Assembly: GCA_965243135.1 (NCBI GenBank)
Contig: OZ251539.1
Coordinates: forward strand, 1,664,001 to 1,728,000
Direction of reading: 5' to 3'
Source of the DNA: Alphaproteobacteria bacterium
Lineage (GTDB): Bacteria; Pseudomonadota; Alphaproteobacteria; MPNO01; UBA830
DNA: 64,000 bases
Shown here piece by piece: positions 1 to 14,357 of this stretch (position 1 is its first letter; each line of letters starts with the position of its first letter). Under the pieces are notes generated by a model that saw only the letters and a program-made list of their open reading frames with translations, did not search any database and had not been told where the DNA came from. The position numbers were made by a program, and so were the translations under genes.

Positions 1-454
1 CGCCCTGGTACCGGGCGACCTCCTCGCCCATCAGGAACACGTCCGGATCCGCCCGCATTTCTTCGGCCATGGCGTCGCGGAGGGCTTCGCGCACGGTTTG
101 CCGGAGCGGGGCCTCCGCCTGAACTTTCGCCTCGGCTTCGGCCTCCGCCTGCACTTTCGTCTCCGCCTGGCTTTCGTCCCGGTCCGGGCCGACGACGGGC
201 GGAGCGGCCTCGCCGTTCTGAAGCAGGACGCCGATCACCGCGTTCACCTGAACGTTTTCGCTGCCTTCGGCGACCAGAATCCGGCCGAGGACGCCGTCGT
301 CGACGGCTTCGACTTCCATTGTCGCCTTGTCGGTTTCGATTTCGGCGATCACGTCGCCGGCGTTTATGCGGTCGCCTTCCCGTTTGCGCCATTTCGCCAG
401 GTTGCCCTCGGTCATGGTCGGCGACAGGGCTGGCATGCGGATTTCGATCGACAT
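1..454 (-). CDS. pdhB: Pyruvate dehydrogenase E1 beta subunit with N-terminal lipoyl domain (partial, runs off window start)
   Basis: My translation from ATG at 454 gives MSIEIRMPALSPTMTEGNLAKW...IETDKATMEVE (lipoyl motif), an Ala/Glu linker, then TVREALRDAMAEEMR..DVFLMGEEV. It lies directly downstream of pdhA. Confidence 0.95.
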   Translation of the reverse strand, partial: MSIEIRMPALSPTMTEGNLAKWRKREGDRINAGDVIAEIETDKATMEVEAVDDGVLGRILVAEGSENVQVNAVIGVLLQNGEAAPPVVGPDRDESQAETKVQAEAEAEAKVQAEAPLRQTVREALRDAMAEEMRADPDVFLMGEEVARYQG

Positions 455-464
455 GTTCCGCGCC

Positions 465-1466
465 TCAGACAAGGACGTCCGTGTAGAGTTCCGCAGGGTC
501 CGGTTCCGGGCTGTCGTGAGCGCACTGCGCGGCCTCGGCGACGACGGCGCGGACCGTCCTGTCGATTTCCTTCAGTTCGTCCTCCGTCTTGTCGCCGCCG
601 TCGACGATGATCGCGCTTAGAGCGGCGATGGGGTCGTGTTTTTCCCGCATTTCCGAAACCTCCTCTTTCGTCCGGTACTTCGCGGGGTCCGACATGGAAT
701 GGCCGCGGTAGCGGTAGGTCAGCATCTCGAGCACGCATGGACCCTTGTCGGCGCGGCAATTCGCGACGGATTCCGCGGCCGCGTCGCGGACCGCGAGCAC
801 GTCCATTCCGTCGACCTGTTTTCCGGGTATGCCGTAGGGCTCGCCCATTCGGTAAAGTTCCTTGGCCGCCGACGCCCGGTCGACCGACGTGCCCATGCCG
901 TAGCGGTTGTTCTCGATGACGTAGACGACCGGAAGGTTCCAGAGGCGCGCCATGTTGAACGCCTCGTGCACCTGCCCCTGGTTGACCGCGCCGTCGCCGA
1001 AGTACGTCAGGCAGACCCCGCCCGTGTTCCGGTATTTGCTCGCGAAGGCGAGTCCGGTTCCGATCGGCACCTGCGCGCCGACGATGCCGTGCCCGCCGTA
1101 GAAATTCTTCGCGCGGGAGAACATGTGCATCGAACCGCCCTTCCCTCGCGAGTATCCGCCGCTGCGGCCTGCGAGTTCCGCCATCACGCCGTTGGGATCC
1201 ATGCCGCAGGCGAGCATATGACCGTGGTCGCGATAGCTGGTGATGACGGAATCCCTCTCGTCGATAGCCGTCTGCATGCCGACGACCACGGCCTCCTGCC
1301 CGATGTAGAGGTGACAGAAACCGCCGATCAGGCCCATGCCGTACATCTGCCCCGCGCGTTCCTCGAAACGGCGTATCAGAAGCATGTCGCGGTAAAGCGC
1401 GAGAAGCGCCTCGGCGTCCCGCTTCCTGCGGGACGCCTTCCCGGTCTTGCCCGCCGCTGCGGCCAT
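465..1466 (-). CDS. pdhA: Pyruvate dehydrogenase E1 alpha subunit
   Basis: GFCHLYIGQEA, GKGGSMH, TPP motif GDGAVNQG...N, and YRYRGHSMSDP. Confidence 0.97.
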   Translation of the reverse strand: MAAAAGKTGKASRRKRDAEALLALYRDMLLIRRFEERAGQMYGMGLIGGFCHLYIGQEAVVVGMQTAIDERDSVITSYRDHGHMLACGMDPNGVMAELAGRSGGYSRGKGGSMHMFSRAKNFYGGHGIVGAQVPIGTGLAFASKYRNTGGVCLTYFGDGAVNQGQVHEAFNMARLWNLPVVYVIENNRYGMGTSVDRASAAKELYRMGEPYGIPGKQVDGMDVLAVRDAAAESVANCRADKGPCVLEMLTYRYRGHSMSDPAKYRTKEEVSEMREKHDPIAALSAIIVDGGDKTEDELKEIDRTVRAVVAEAAQCAHDSPEPDPAELYTDVLV

Positions 1467-1726
1467 GGGCTTCTCCCGAATTGCGTGTATATGCGCGTTT
1501 CCGAATGCCGAAGCAAGAATATAGGAACGACCCGCCTTCGCAACACCCGATTTTCCAGGGGTTCGCGCAGCGCCGGTCTTGCCGGTTGCCGTCCGCGCTC
1601 GTCGCCGCCTTTCGGCCGCCCGAACGGACGGGCGGCCCGGCCAAGGCTCCGGTTTCCCGCGACCGAGTCGAGGCGCCCGCCCCCGAAAGCCGTCCGCGTC
1701 TCAAAGGCGAACCGTCCGTTTCCGGG

Positions 1727-2035
1727 CTACTCCGTCAGGAGATATTCCTTGGGATGCATGAGGCCGGTCATGACGCGCGTGCGTTCGTCGAGCATGTCCG
1801 AATCGATCCCTGCCGAACGCAGAAGGGAGATGCGCCTTTCCATTTCGGCGCGCATGGCCTTGGCCGTCTCCAGTTCCTTTTCGGCCTTCGCCGCTTCCTT
1901 GTGGATTTGCATCCAGGCGATTATGCCGCGGTCGCCGTGAAAGGCGTGCACGCCGAAATAGCACAGCAGAAGCGTGCCGACGATGGGCGCGATCATGCGG
2001 CGCGCTCGCCGCCTGATTTCGAAACCGGTATTCAT
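1727..2035 (-). CDS. ftsB: Septum formation initiator, FtsB/DivIC family
   Basis: One TM segment, G.RG motif, coiled coil and DxDMLDERxR. Canonical position after eno. Confidence 0.85.
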   Translation of the reverse strand: MNTGFEIRRRARRMIAPIVGTLLLCYFGVHAFHGDRGIIAWMQIHKEAAKAEKELETAKAMRAEMERRISLLRSAGIDSDMLDERTRVMTGLMHPKEYLLTE

Positions 2036-2068
2036 CGAGACGATCGAATTACATTTCGCACCGGAATG

Positions 2069-3367
<1,299 letters not shown>

Positions 3368-4206
3368 TCAAACGCTTTCCGGCGGCACCGGCTTGGCGAT
3401 CCGGTCTATTTCGATCAACGTCTCAAGAAGCGGCTGCAACTCTTTCAAATATATCATGTTCGGTCCGTCCGATGGCGCGGCGTCGGGATCCTGGTGGGTT
3501 TCCATGAAGACCGCCGCGACGCCCACGGCGACGGCCGCGCGCGCCAGGACGGGCACGAACTCCCGCTGTCCGCCCGAAACCGCGCCCCTGCCGCCCGGCT
3601 GCATGACCGAGTGCGTCGCGTCGAAGACCACCGGGCAGCCGGTGCGGGCGAGTTCCGGCAAGGCGCGCATGTCGGAAACCAGCGTGTTGTAGCCGAAGGA
3701 GACGCCGCGTTCGCACAGCATCACCCGCTCGTTGCCGGCCGCTCGCGCCTTGTCGGCGACGTTCGCCATGTCCCACGGCGCGAGGAACTGCCCCTTCTTG
3801 ATGTTGAGCGCCCTGCCCGTTTTCGCCGCGGCCACGATCAGATCGGTTTGGCGGCAAAGAAACGCGGGAATCTGGAGCACGTCCGCCGCCTCGGCCACGG
3901 GCGCGCACTGATCCGGAAGGTGGACGTCGGTGAGCACCGGACAGCCGCGCGTCTCCCTGATCTCGGCCAGGATGGGCAGGCTTTCCTTCAGGCCCAGGCC
4001 GCGGGGGCTGCCGATCGAGGTCCGGTTCGCCTTGTCGAAGGACGTCTTGTAGATCAGCCCGATGCCGAGCGAGGCCGCCGTCTCGGCCAGCGCCGCCGAC
4101 ATTTCCAGCGCGTGAGCGCGGCTCTCGAGGGCGCACGGACCCGCGATCAACGCCAGCGGCGCGTCGTTCGCGACGGAGACGCCGCCGATATCGACCCGCG
4201 CCGCCA

Positions 4207-4207
<1 letters not shown>
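3368..4207 (-). CDS. kdsA: KDO-8-phosphate synthase
   Basis: [43 protein letters not shown]. Confidence 0.98.
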
Positions 4208-6193
<1,986 letters not shown>

Positions 6194-6236
6194 TGCCTGT
6201 TGACCTCCTGATTCCCCGCGCGGGAAAGGCCCCGCC

Positions 6237-6983
6237 TCACGGACAGCATTCCGCGATCTCCCAGAACCGGTCCGCCGCCAGACTCGCGCCGCCGACCAGC
6301 GCACCGTCGACATTGTCCAGCGAAAGGATGTCGCCGGCGTTGCCGGGGTTGACGGAGCCTCCGTACAGAATGCGGACGAGATGCGGATCCGGAACCCTGT
6401 CGCGAAGCGCGGCGCGGATTGCGGCATGGACTTCCGCGATGTCGTCCGCGGCGGGCGTGCGCCCGGTCCCGATGGCCCACACCGGTTCGTAAGCGACGAT
6501 TGCGGTCGCGGCGGACGATTCGTTCGGCAACGAACCGGCCAGCTGGCCGGTCACGGTCGCGACGGTTGCGCCGGCGTCGCGCTGTTCCGCGGTTTCTCCG
6601 ATGCAGATCACGGTCACGAGGCCGCCGGCCTGCGCCGCCGCCGCCTTCGCGCGGACCAGCGAATCGCTTTCTCCGTGTCCGGCGCGGCGTTCCGAGTGTC
6701 CGACGATAACGTGGCTGCATCCCGCGTCGACCAGCATCGGCGCCGAGACGTCGCCCGTATGCGCCCCTTGCGGCTCGGCGCGGCAATCCTGGGCGCCGAG
6801 CGCCAGCGGCGCGGCGCCGATGGCGGATCGGGCCGGTGCCAGCAATGGCGTCGGCGGACAGATCAGCATGTCGAACCGGCGGGATTCTCGCTCTGCCAGC
6901 CTGGATGCGAGCGAACCGGCGAGGGCGGCGGCGAAGGCCGCAGTGCCGTTCATTTTCCAGTTGCCGACGATCAGGGCGTTCAT
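6237..6983 (-). CDS. tpiA: Triosephosphate isomerase
   Basis: From ATG 6983: GNWKMNG, GHSERR, AYEPVWAIGTG, YGGSV, GALVGGASL. This is the C-terminal part of the long ORF 6237..9680. Confidence 0.98.
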   Translation of the reverse strand: MNALIVGNWKMNGTAAFAAALAGSLASRLAERESRRFDMLICPPTPLLAPARSAIGAAPLALGAQDCRAEPQGAHTGDVSAPMLVDAGCSHVIVGHSERRAGHGESDSLVRAKAAAAQAGGLVTVICIGETAEQRDAGATVATVTGQLAGSLPNESSAATAIVAYEPVWAIGTGRTPAADDIAEVHAAIRAALRDRVPDPHLVRILYGGSVNPGNAGDILSLDNVDGALVGGASLAADRFWEIAECCP

Positions 6984-7241
6984 GCCAAGTGCCTTTACGG
7001 GAAAAGCGAAGCTGATGTCGGCGCGCGGGATGGTCGGCCCTGCGTCCCGACGGGCCGACTGTCTACCACAGGCCGAGGCTTTCGGAAACCGCTTCGAAGG
7101 CCGCAGCGACCGCCTTTCAGGCGCCGCGCAGCTGCGGGCGGAGACCGCCGCAAGGGTTGCCGCGCGGCGGCCTGCGTTGCAATATGCTCCGAGTGCGCTA
7201 TCTGACCGTTCCGAACCCATAAGCTGCCGGGAACGACCGCC

Positions 7242-7859
7242 ATGAACGACAATTTCGACAAAAAACATGACGACGCGTACGACAAGCTGGGCGAAAAGCT
7301 GGATAAAGCGCTTCCGCAAGACTGGCCGACGAAAAAGGGCGCTCCGGAATTCTGGGAAGAGCTCGGCAAGACCGTGGCCTCCTTCGCAGTTCTGGAAGAC
7401 ATTGTCGCCCGCGTTCTCGTCGCCATCACCGGCAGCAGCGAATACGAAGACGAGGAGTTGAGCGAGGAAGACTTGCACGGAATGATGGGGCAATTGAATG
7501 CGGGGCTCGGACAGCCCGTGTACGACAATCTGGCGTTCCTCATCGATCGCCTGGAAGAGACGCCTTTTCCCGACGAAAAGAACTTCGGCCCTATGCGCGC
7601 CGAACTCGTCCGCCGCATGAGATTGGTCAATCCCTGGCGGCACGCCATTTCTCGCGGCGCATGGGTGGGATTCGAAACGGGGCTCGGTCCTGTGCGGATG
7701 AAGTACGTTCGAAGAACGCGCGACGGTCTGGAGGGATTCTCCGACATTATGTCGCGGGACGACCTCGTGGGCATTCGGCGGAACGTCAACCTCGTGACGG
7801 ATTGCTTGCTCGTCACGATGCAGCTGCAGAAAATCAAGCTTCCCGATATCGGGCCGTAG
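7242..7859 (+). CDS. Hypothetical alpha-helical protein, possibly HEPN-like with a degenerate Rx4H motif
   Basis: 205-aa ORF with protein-like composition, inserted between divergent tpiA and ppiD. Contains FWEELGKTVASFAVLE and WRHAISRGAW. Confidence 0.7.
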   Translation: MNDNFDKKHDDAYDKLGEKLDKALPQDWPTKKGAPEFWEELGKTVASFAVLEDIVARVLVAITGSSEYEDEELSEEDLHGMMGQLNAGLGQPVYDNLAFLIDRLEETPFPDEKNFGPMRAELVRRMRLVNPWRHAISRGAWVGFETGLGPVRMKYVRRTRDGLEGFSDIMSRDDLVGIRRNVNLVTDCLLVTMQLQKIKLPDIGP

Positions 7860-8018
7860 GTTTGGCGCCGCTCGGGAACGCGGCCGCGTTTCGCGAGTCC
7901 GGCATCTCCGGCGGCGTGCCGTTCGGGAGCGGCGAAGCCGCGCGCCCGGACCCTCCCTTGCCGTTCGCGAACGCTCTCCGTATGATGCCGCTTCCGCATA
8001 TCCGAACAGAGAACGCAC

Positions 8019-9896
8019 ATGCTCCTTGAAAGCATGAAGAAGGGCGTCAGCAAGATCCTCATTCAGGTGCTTGCGGTTCTTCTCATCATCAGCTTTGCCG
8101 CGTGGGGCGTCGGCGACATGGTCGGCGTCATCGCGACGCCCGACGAAGTCGCGACCGTGGACGGCGAAAAAATCTCGCAGCGCGAATACCAGGAACAGTT
8201 CAGGCGGACGATGAACCGCCTGCGAAGCCAGATGGGAGATATCGACGCGCAGCAGGCGCGGACGCTCGGAATCGCCCGGTCGACCCTCGACGGCATGATT
8301 TCCCGCCGGCTTCTCGGCCGCGAGGCGGACGGGCTCGGCTTGCTCGTGGGCGACGAGCAGGTCGTCCGTCGCATACATGCGCAGCCGGGATTCCAGAACG
8401 CTCTCGGCCGATTCGACCGCGCCGCCTTCCAGTCGGCGCTGGCCAACAGCGGATTTACGGAAGCCGCCTACGTCGAGTCGCTCCGCCGGGACCTGCAGGA
8501 GGAATACCTGAGCGGAGCCCTCCGGCAAGGCGTCAGGGCGCCGCCGCAACTCGCCGACGTCATATTCCGCCACAGCCGCGAGCGCCGAACCGCGGAGGTG
8601 ATCAGGATCGAGCGGCCGGCGGCGTCGCCGACCCCCTCCGAACGGGATCTCGCCGCCTTTCTCGAAGAGAACCCCGAACCGTTCATGGCGCCGGAGTACC
8701 GGAGCCTGACGTTGCTGCATCTCGATCCCGAGAGAGTCGCCGGCGAGATGTCGCCGGCCCCCGAGCGGGTTCGGGAGGAATACGACAACAGGATCGATTC
8801 GATTACCGTGCCCGAGAAACGCCGTCTCGAGCAGATCCTTTTCAAGTCCGAAGAAAACGCTCGAAAGGCCTACGCGGCCCTCTCCGAAGGCCGCGCCTTC
8901 GAAGCGGTGGCCGCGGAGTTCCCGGAACGGCCGGCGACCGACCTCGGGCTGGTCGCCGAGACCGACCTTACCCCGGAAATCGCCGGCGCGGCCTTCGCCC
9001 TGAGCGCCGACGGCTTCACGGAGCCGGTCGAGACGCCCTTCGGCTGGCACCTCGTCAAGGTGCGGGAAATCGCGCCGGGACGAACGCCGACGTTCGCCGA
9101 GACGGAGGTGGAAATCCGCGACGAGCTCGCGCTGGAACTCGCGCTCGACGACATCGTGAAGCGCGCGAACAGGGTCGAGGACGCGTTCGCCGGCGGCGCC
9201 GGCGTCGAGGAGGCGGCAGCGGAGATCGGCGCAAGCCTTCGGCGGCTGGAGTCCGTCGACGCGGCGCTGAAATCCCGGGCCGGAACCGAAATCGAGGGAT
9301 TGCCCAAGGACTTGCGTTTCGTGGAAACCGCGTTCGATACGAAGAAGGGCGAGACGAGCGATCTCGTGGGAACCGACGCGGGCGGTTTCTTCGCGTTGCG
9401 GGTCGACGACGTCGCGGAGGCGGCCATGCGGCCGCTGGGCGAGGTGCGCGAGGCGGTGGCGGCCGCGTGGCGCAGGAGCCATCTCGACCATCTGGCGAGG
9501 CGGACCGCGGAGGAAATCGCGAAGGAAGCCGAAGCGGGCCGGTCGCTCGCCGGCATCGCGGAGACGCGCAACCTGGAGTTCGAGAAAATCGGCCCCGTCG
9601 ACCGCGCGGGAACGGAGGCGGAGTTTCCCCCTGCCCTGTTGCCCCGGTTGTTCGAGGCCGCGCGGGGCGCCGTCTTCCACGGCCCGACGGAAAGCGGAAA
9701 CGCGGTCGTTCGCATCGTGGACATCGAGACGACCGAGCCCGACAGGAGCGGCGACGACTACAGGGGCCTCGAAGAGGATCTGACGAGCGCGATGTTCGCC
9801 GACCTGCTCGAGGAGTACGTCCGCGCTTTGCGTCAGGAATACGACGTGGTCGTCAACCAGGCGGCCCTCGACGCGTTTTTCGCCAGCCAGAGATAG
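8019..9896 (+). CDS. ppiD: PpiD-like periplasmic folding chaperone (SurA N-terminal + parvulin)
   Basis: N-terminal anchor LLIISFAAWGVGD, VATVDGEKIS, parvulin segment EPVETPFGWHLVKV. Divergent from tpiA. Confidence 0.9.
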   Translation: MLLESMKKGVSKILIQVLAVLLIISFAAWGVGDMVGVIATPDEVATVDGEKISQREYQEQFRRTMNRLRSQMGDIDAQQARTLGIARSTLDGMISRRLLGREADGLGLLVGDEQVVRRIHAQPGFQNALGRFDRAAFQSALANSGFTEAAYVESLRRDLQEEYLSGALRQGVRAPPQLADVIFRHSRERRTAEVIRIERPAASPTPSERDLAAFLEENPEPFMAPEYRSLTLLHLDPERVAGEMSPAPERVREEYDNRIDSITVPEKRRLEQILFKSEENARKAYAALSEGRAFEAVAAEFPERPATDLGLVAETDLTPEIAGAAFALSADGFTEPVETPFGWHLVKVREIAPGRTPTFAETEVEIRDELALELALDDIVKRANRVEDAFAGGAGVEEAAAEIGASLRRLESVDAALKSRAGTEIEGLPKDLRFVETAFDTKKGETSDLVGTDAGGFFALRVDDVAEAAMRPLGEVREAVAAAWRRSHLDHLARRTAEEIAKEAEAGRSLAGIAETRNLEFEKIGPVDRAGTEAEFPPALLPRLFEAARGAVFHGPTESGNAVVRIVDIETTEPDRSGDDYRGLEEDLTSAMFADLLEEYVRALRQEYDVVVNQAALDAFFASQR

Positions 9897-9971
9897 CGCG
9901 CGTCGCCGGCCGCGCGCGGAACCGCTTTCTCCCGTCGGCGCGCTGTCGCTGCAACAAGACGGAATTTTCGC

Positions 9972-11009
9972 GTGGACTTCAAGGACATACTCGGGTTAGT
10001 CGCAGACGGCGCCGCGCTCGATCGCGGCCAGGCGGAAACGGCGTTCGACATCATCATGTCGGGAAACGCCACGCCCGCGCAGATCGGCGCGTTTCTGATG
10101 AGTCTCAGGATTCGCGGCGAGACCGTCACCGAAATCGCCGCGGCCGCTCGCGTGATGCGCGCGAAGGCGGCCCGCGTCGCCGCGCCGCCGGACGCCATGG
10201 ACATCGTCGGGACCGGCGGCGACCGCAGCGGCACGCTCAACATCTCGACCGCTTCCGCGCTGACGGTGGCGGGTTGCGGAATCCCCGTGGCCAAGCACGG
10301 GAACCGCGCCCTTTCCTCGAAGGCCGGCGCCGCGGACGTCCTCGCCGCCCTCGGAGTCGACATAGACGCCGACATGCGGCTGATCGAGCGGTCGATCTCG
10401 GAGGCGAAAATCGGTTTCATGATGGCGCCGCGGCATCACAGCGCGACGCGGCATGTCGCGGGTCCGCGAGTCGAACTCGCGATCAGGACGGTCTTCAACA
10501 TGCTCGGGCCGCTTTCCAACCCCGCGATGGTCGACCGGTTGCTGGTGGGCGTGTTCGCGCCCGAATGGGTCGAGCCCCTCGCTCGCGTGCTTCGCGAGCT
10601 CGGAGCGCGGCGCGCCTGGGTCGTCCACGGCGCCGGACGGCTCGACGAGCTGGCGACCAACGGGCCGGCCGCCGTGGCCGCACTGGAAAACGGCGAAGTC
10701 AGGACCTTCGAGGTCGCGCCCGAGGAGGCGGGCCTTCCCGTCTGCGATCTGGAGGAATTGAGGGGCGGGGATGCGGAATACAACGCGGCGGCGCTGCGGA
10801 GCCTTCTCGCCGGAGAGCCCAGCGCCTATCGCGACACGGTGCTCCTTACCTCGGCCGCCGCGCTGGTCGTCGCCGAACGCGCCGGCGACCTCAGGGAGGG
10901 CGCGTCGATCGCGGCGGAGTCGATCGATCGCGGAGAAGCGCGCGAAGCGTTGCGGCGAATGGTGGAGATATCCCGCGAGCCCGCGCCCGACGAGGAAGAG
11001 GATGGTTGA
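9972..11009 (+). CDS. trpD: Anthranilate phosphoribosyltransferase
   Basis: [40 protein letters not shown]. Confidence 0.97.
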   Translation: MDFKDILGLVADGAALDRGQAETAFDIIMSGNATPAQIGAFLMSLRIRGETVTEIAAAARVMRAKAARVAAPPDAMDIVGTGGDRSGTLNISTASALTVAGCGIPVAKHGNRALSSKAGAADVLAALGVDIDADMRLIERSISEAKIGFMMAPRHHSATRHVAGPRVELAIRTVFNMLGPLSNPAMVDRLLVGVFAPEWVEPLARVLRELGARRAWVVHGAGRLDELATNGPAAVAALENGEVRTFEVAPEEAGLPVCDLEELRGGDAEYNAAALRSLLAGEPSAYRDTVLLTSAAALVVAERAGDLREGASIAAESIDRGEAREALRRMVEISREPAPDEEEDG

Positions 11010-11796
11010 CGCGCTGACCGGCATCTGCGCGACGAAGAGGGAACATGTCGCGGCCCGCAAGTCGGTCATGCCGCTGGCGGAGGTGGAGGCTGCCGCTCGG
11101 CGAGCGCCGCCGCCGCGCGGCTTTCTGCGCGCCCTGCGGTCCCGCGCCGGACGGTACGGACTGATCGCCGAAATCAAGAAGGCGTCGCCCAGCAAGGGCC
11201 TGATCAGGGAAGATTTCGATCCGCCGGACCTCGCGGAAGCCTACGAGCGCGCCGGCGCCGATTGCCTGTCGGTGCTGACCGACGCTCCCTACTTCCAGGG
11301 AGCGGACGAGCACCTGGCCGCCGCCCGCGGCGCCGCGTCGTTGCCGGTCCTGCGCAAGGACTTCATGATCGATCCCTACCAGATCGCCGAAGCGCGTATG
11401 CTCGGCGCCGATTGCGTTCTGCTAATAATGGCCGCTCTCGAGGACGGACTGGCGGCGGAGCTCGAAGTCGCCGCGACCGCTTGGGGAATGGATGCTCTGG
11501 TCGAGGTGCACGACGAGGAGGAGATGGAACGCGCTTTCCGGCTGAACTCGCCGTTGCTGGGAATAAACAACCGGAATCTCAAGACGTTGAAGACGGATCT
11601 CGATACCACGCGCAACCTTGCGCCGCGCGCCGGCGGCCGGTTCGTCGTGAGCGAGAGCGGACTCCGGACGGCGGCGGATCTCGACTCCATGTACGAGGCC
11701 GGCGCCCGCTGCTTTTTGATCGGCGAATCCCTGATGAGCCGCCCCGACGTGGAAAGCGCGACCCGCGCTCTGGTCGCGGGACCTGCGGATTCATGA
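11002..11796 (+). CDS. trpC: Indole-3-glycerol phosphate synthase
   Basis: [37 protein letters not shown] at 11002 overlaps the trpD end. Confidence 0.97.
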   Translation: MVDALTGICATKREHVAARKSVMPLAEVEAAARRAPPPRGFLRALRSRAGRYGLIAEIKKASPSKGLIREDFDPPDLAEAYERAGADCLSVLTDAPYFQGADEHLAAARGAASLPVLRKDFMIDPYQIAEARMLGADCVLLIMAALEDGLAAELEVAATAWGMDALVEVHDEEEMERAFRLNSPLLGINNRNLKTLKTDLDTTRNLAPRAGGRFVVSESGLRTAADLDSMYEAGARCFLIGESLMSRPDVESATRALVAGPADS

Positions 11797-12269
11797 CCGG
11801 GAAACTGACGCACCTCGACGACAGCGGCTCGGCGCGCATGGTGGACGTTTCGGACAAGGAGGTCAGCGACCGGACAGCGACCGCGCGAGGCAGCGTGTTG
11901 ATGTCACCCGCGACCCTGAAGCTGGTGGCGGAGGGAGCGATGAAGAAGGGCGACGTGCTCTCGGTCGCGCGACTTGCGGGGATCATGGCGGCGAAACGCG
12001 CGTCCGATCTGATTCCGCTCTGCCATCCGCTGCCGCTGAGCGGGGTCGACGTGAAGCTCGATTGCGATTCCGCGCGCGGCGCCGTCGACATCGAAGCGAC
12101 CTGCCGCGTTCGCGCCCGGACGGGCGTGGAAATGGAGGCGTTGACGGCCGTATCCGTCGCGGCGCTCACGGTTTACGACATGTGCAAGGCGGTCGATCGG
12201 GGCATGCGCCTTTCGGAGATCCGGCTGGTCCGCAAGGCTGGCGGCCGATCCGGCGAGTACGCGGCGTGA
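11793..12269 (+). CDS. moaC: Cyclic pyranopterin monophosphate synthase accessory protein
   Basis: [38 protein letters not shown]. Confidence 0.97.
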   Translation: MTGKLTHLDDSGSARMVDVSDKEVSDRTATARGSVLMSPATLKLVAEGAMKKGDVLSVARLAGIMAAKRASDLIPLCHPLPLSGVDVKLDCDSARGAVDIEATCRVRARTGVEMEALTAVSVAALTVYDMCKAVDRGMRLSEIRLVRKAGGRSGEYAA

Positions 12270-13483
12270 GCGGCTTGCTGTCCGTAGCGGAGGCGCAGCG
12301 GCGCATTCTCGATGCGATGCCGCTGTTGCCGGCCGAACAGATCTCGGTGGCCGACGGCCTCGGCCGGGTGCTCGCCGCGGACGTGGCGGCGCGCCGAAGC
12401 CAGCCTCCGATGCCGGTCTCGGCGATGGACGGCTACGCCGTGCGCGCGGCCGACGTCGCCGCCCTTCCCTGCGAACTGCGGATCGTCGGCCGCGCGCCCG
12501 CAGGACACGCGTTCGACGGCGGAATCGGGCCGGGCGAAGCCGTCCGCATATTCACCGGCGCTCCGCTCCCGGACGGCGCGGACGCGGTGGTGATACAGGA
12601 AAACGCGGAGCGGAGCGGCGACCATGTCCGCGTGACCGGCGGCGGCGCGCCGCCGAGCGGCCGTTTCGTGCGTCCCGCGGGCCTCGACTTCGCCGAGGGC
12701 GACGTTTTGCTGAAGGCCGGACGCGCGCTGACCGCACGGGATGTCGGGCTGGCGGCGGCGATGAACGTTCCTTGGTTGATGGTTCGCCGGCGGCCGCGGA
12801 TTTCCATTCTTGCGACCGGCGACGAGATCGCGATGCCGGGCGACCCCGTCGGTCGCGACCAGATCGTGAGCTCCAACGCCCTGGCGCTGCGGGCGTTCGT
12901 ATCGGCCCAGGGAGGCGTCCCGGTCGATCTCGGCATCGCCCCGGACAACGAAGAGGGCCTTCGCGCGCTGGCGGCCGGCGCGAGCGGCAGCGACCTCCTC
13001 GTCACCACCGGAGGCGCTTCGGTCGGCGATCACGACCTCGTGCGAAACGTTCTCGGCGAACTCGAGTTCTGGCGCATCGCGATGCGCCCGGGAAAACCCT
13101 TGATATTCGGGGCCGTGGACAAGACGTTCCTGATCGGATTGCCGGGCAATCCGGTTTCGTCGCAGGTCTGCGCCGTGATGTTTCTCGCGCCGGCGATTCG
13201 CCGGATGTCGGGGGCGGCGGACGCGATGCCGCGCAAGGTCGCGGCGAAACTCGGCAAGGAACTTGACGCGAACGACGAACGGGAAGATTATCTTCGAGCG
13301 ACCCTCCAGCGGGACGAGAGCGGCGATCTGGTCGCCCTTCCCTTCCGTCGGCAGGACAGTTCCATGTTCGCACTCATGGCCGCCGCCGACGCGCTCGTCG
13401 TCCGGGCGCCGTTCGCGCCGAAGAGCCGCGTTGGCGAGATCGTCGATGTCGTGGCCCTCGACGGCAGCATATTCAGCATTTAG
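12266..13483 (+). CDS. moeA: Molybdopterin molybdotransferase
   Basis: [53 protein letters not shown] start overlaps the moaC stop. Confidence 0.96.
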   Translation: MSGLLSVAEAQRRILDAMPLLPAEQISVADGLGRVLAADVAARRSQPPMPVSAMDGYAVRAADVAALPCELRIVGRAPAGHAFDGGIGPGEAVRIFTGAPLPDGADAVVIQENAERSGDHVRVTGGGAPPSGRFVRPAGLDFAEGDVLLKAGRALTARDVGLAAAMNVPWLMVRRRPRISILATGDEIAMPGDPVGRDQIVSSNALALRAFVSAQGGVPVDLGIAPDNEEGLRALAAGASGSDLLVTTGGASVGDHDLVRNVLGELEFWRIAMRPGKPLIFGAVDKTFLIGLPGNPVSSQVCAVMFLAPAIRRMSGAADAMPRKVAAKLGKELDANDEREDYLRATLQRDESGDLVALPFRRQDSSMFALMAAADALVVRAPFAPKSRVGEIVDVVALDGSIFSI

Positions 13484-13565
13484 GGGGCCGCCGCGCCGCT
13501 TCGCCGGAAAACGGACCGGCCCGAGCCGCCGCGAAGGCTTCGCCAACTTTCGCTTCAAGTGATTC

Positions 13566-13594
13566 TTGACACGAAAAGTGAACCAAACTAGAAC
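13566..13594 (+). promoter_or_regulatory. lexA promoter (-35 TTGACA) with alphaproteobacterial SOS box GAAC-N7-GAAC
   Basis: TTGACA at 13566-13571 and GAACcaaactaGAAC at 13580-13594, which matches the known alpha LexA direct repeat. A degenerate half-site follows near 13606. Confidence 0.85.
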
Positions 13595-13629
13595 AAGGGA
13601 GATGCGAACCAAAAACGGGAAATCAGGAC

Positions 13630-14307
13630 ATGCTGACAAAAAAGCAACACGAACTGCTCGTCTTCATCGATGCGTACCTCAAGGAGAAAGGCATCGCTCC
13701 GTCCTACGAGGAGATGAAGGTAGCGGTTAACCTCACCTCGAAATCGGGCATCCACCGGCTGATCGCCGGACTGGAAGAACGCGGTTTCATTTACCGGCTT
13801 CCGAACAGGGCGCGCGCCCTGGAAGTCCTCAAGCTTCCGCTCGACCGTCAGGCGAAGGGCTTCACCCCGCGCCTCGTCGACGACGAATTCGAGAGCGAGC
13901 AAGCGGAACCCGCGCCGTCGGACGAAACCGTCGCCCTGCCGTTTTACGGCAAAATCGCGGCCGGAACCCCTATCGAGGCCTTGAGCGACAACTCTCGCGT
14001 TTTCGAGGTCCCGCCCGCCCTCCTCGGAAGCGGAACTCACTACGCTCTCGAAATCGAGGGCGATTCCATGATCGATGCCGGCATCCTCGACGGAGACGTG
14101 GTGTTGATCAGGAGGTCCGATAAGGCGGAAAACGGAGACATCGTGGTCGCCCTCGTGGAGGATAAGGAAGCCACGCTCAAGCGATTCCGCAAGCGCGGCG
14201 CGTCGATCGCGCTGGAACCCGCGAACTCCGCGCACGAAACGCGGATATTCGGACCCGATCAGGTCCGTGTACAGGGCCGCCTCGTCGGCCTTGTGCGCAG
14301 ATATTGA
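13630..14307 (+). CDS. lexA: SOS repressor LexA
   Basis: [25 protein letters not shown], cleavage site IAAG, catalytic GDSM and TLKR. Confidence 0.98.
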   Translation: MLTKKQHELLVFIDAYLKEKGIAPSYEEMKVAVNLTSKSGIHRLIAGLEERGFIYRLPNRARALEVLKLPLDRQAKGFTPRLVDDEFESEQAEPAPSDETVALPFYGKIAAGTPIEALSDNSRVFEVPPALLGSGTHYALEIEGDSMIDAGILDGDVVLIRRSDKAENGDIVVALVEDKEATLKRFRKRGASIALEPANSAHETRIFGPDQVRVQGRLVGLVRRY

Positions 14308-14357
14308 CGGCGTTCGCCGCGCGGCAGGCCGCCTCGGTTCCCGCCAGCGAGAACGCG

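Noticed and set aside
105-180. Short KVQAEA duplication in the PdhB linker
   Set aside because: This is an ordinary low-complexity lipoyl-domain linker.
6237-9680. 1147-aa TpiA fusion protein
   Set aside because: Only the last ~248 aa are TpiA. The rest is stop-free antisense of ppiD and the orphan gene.
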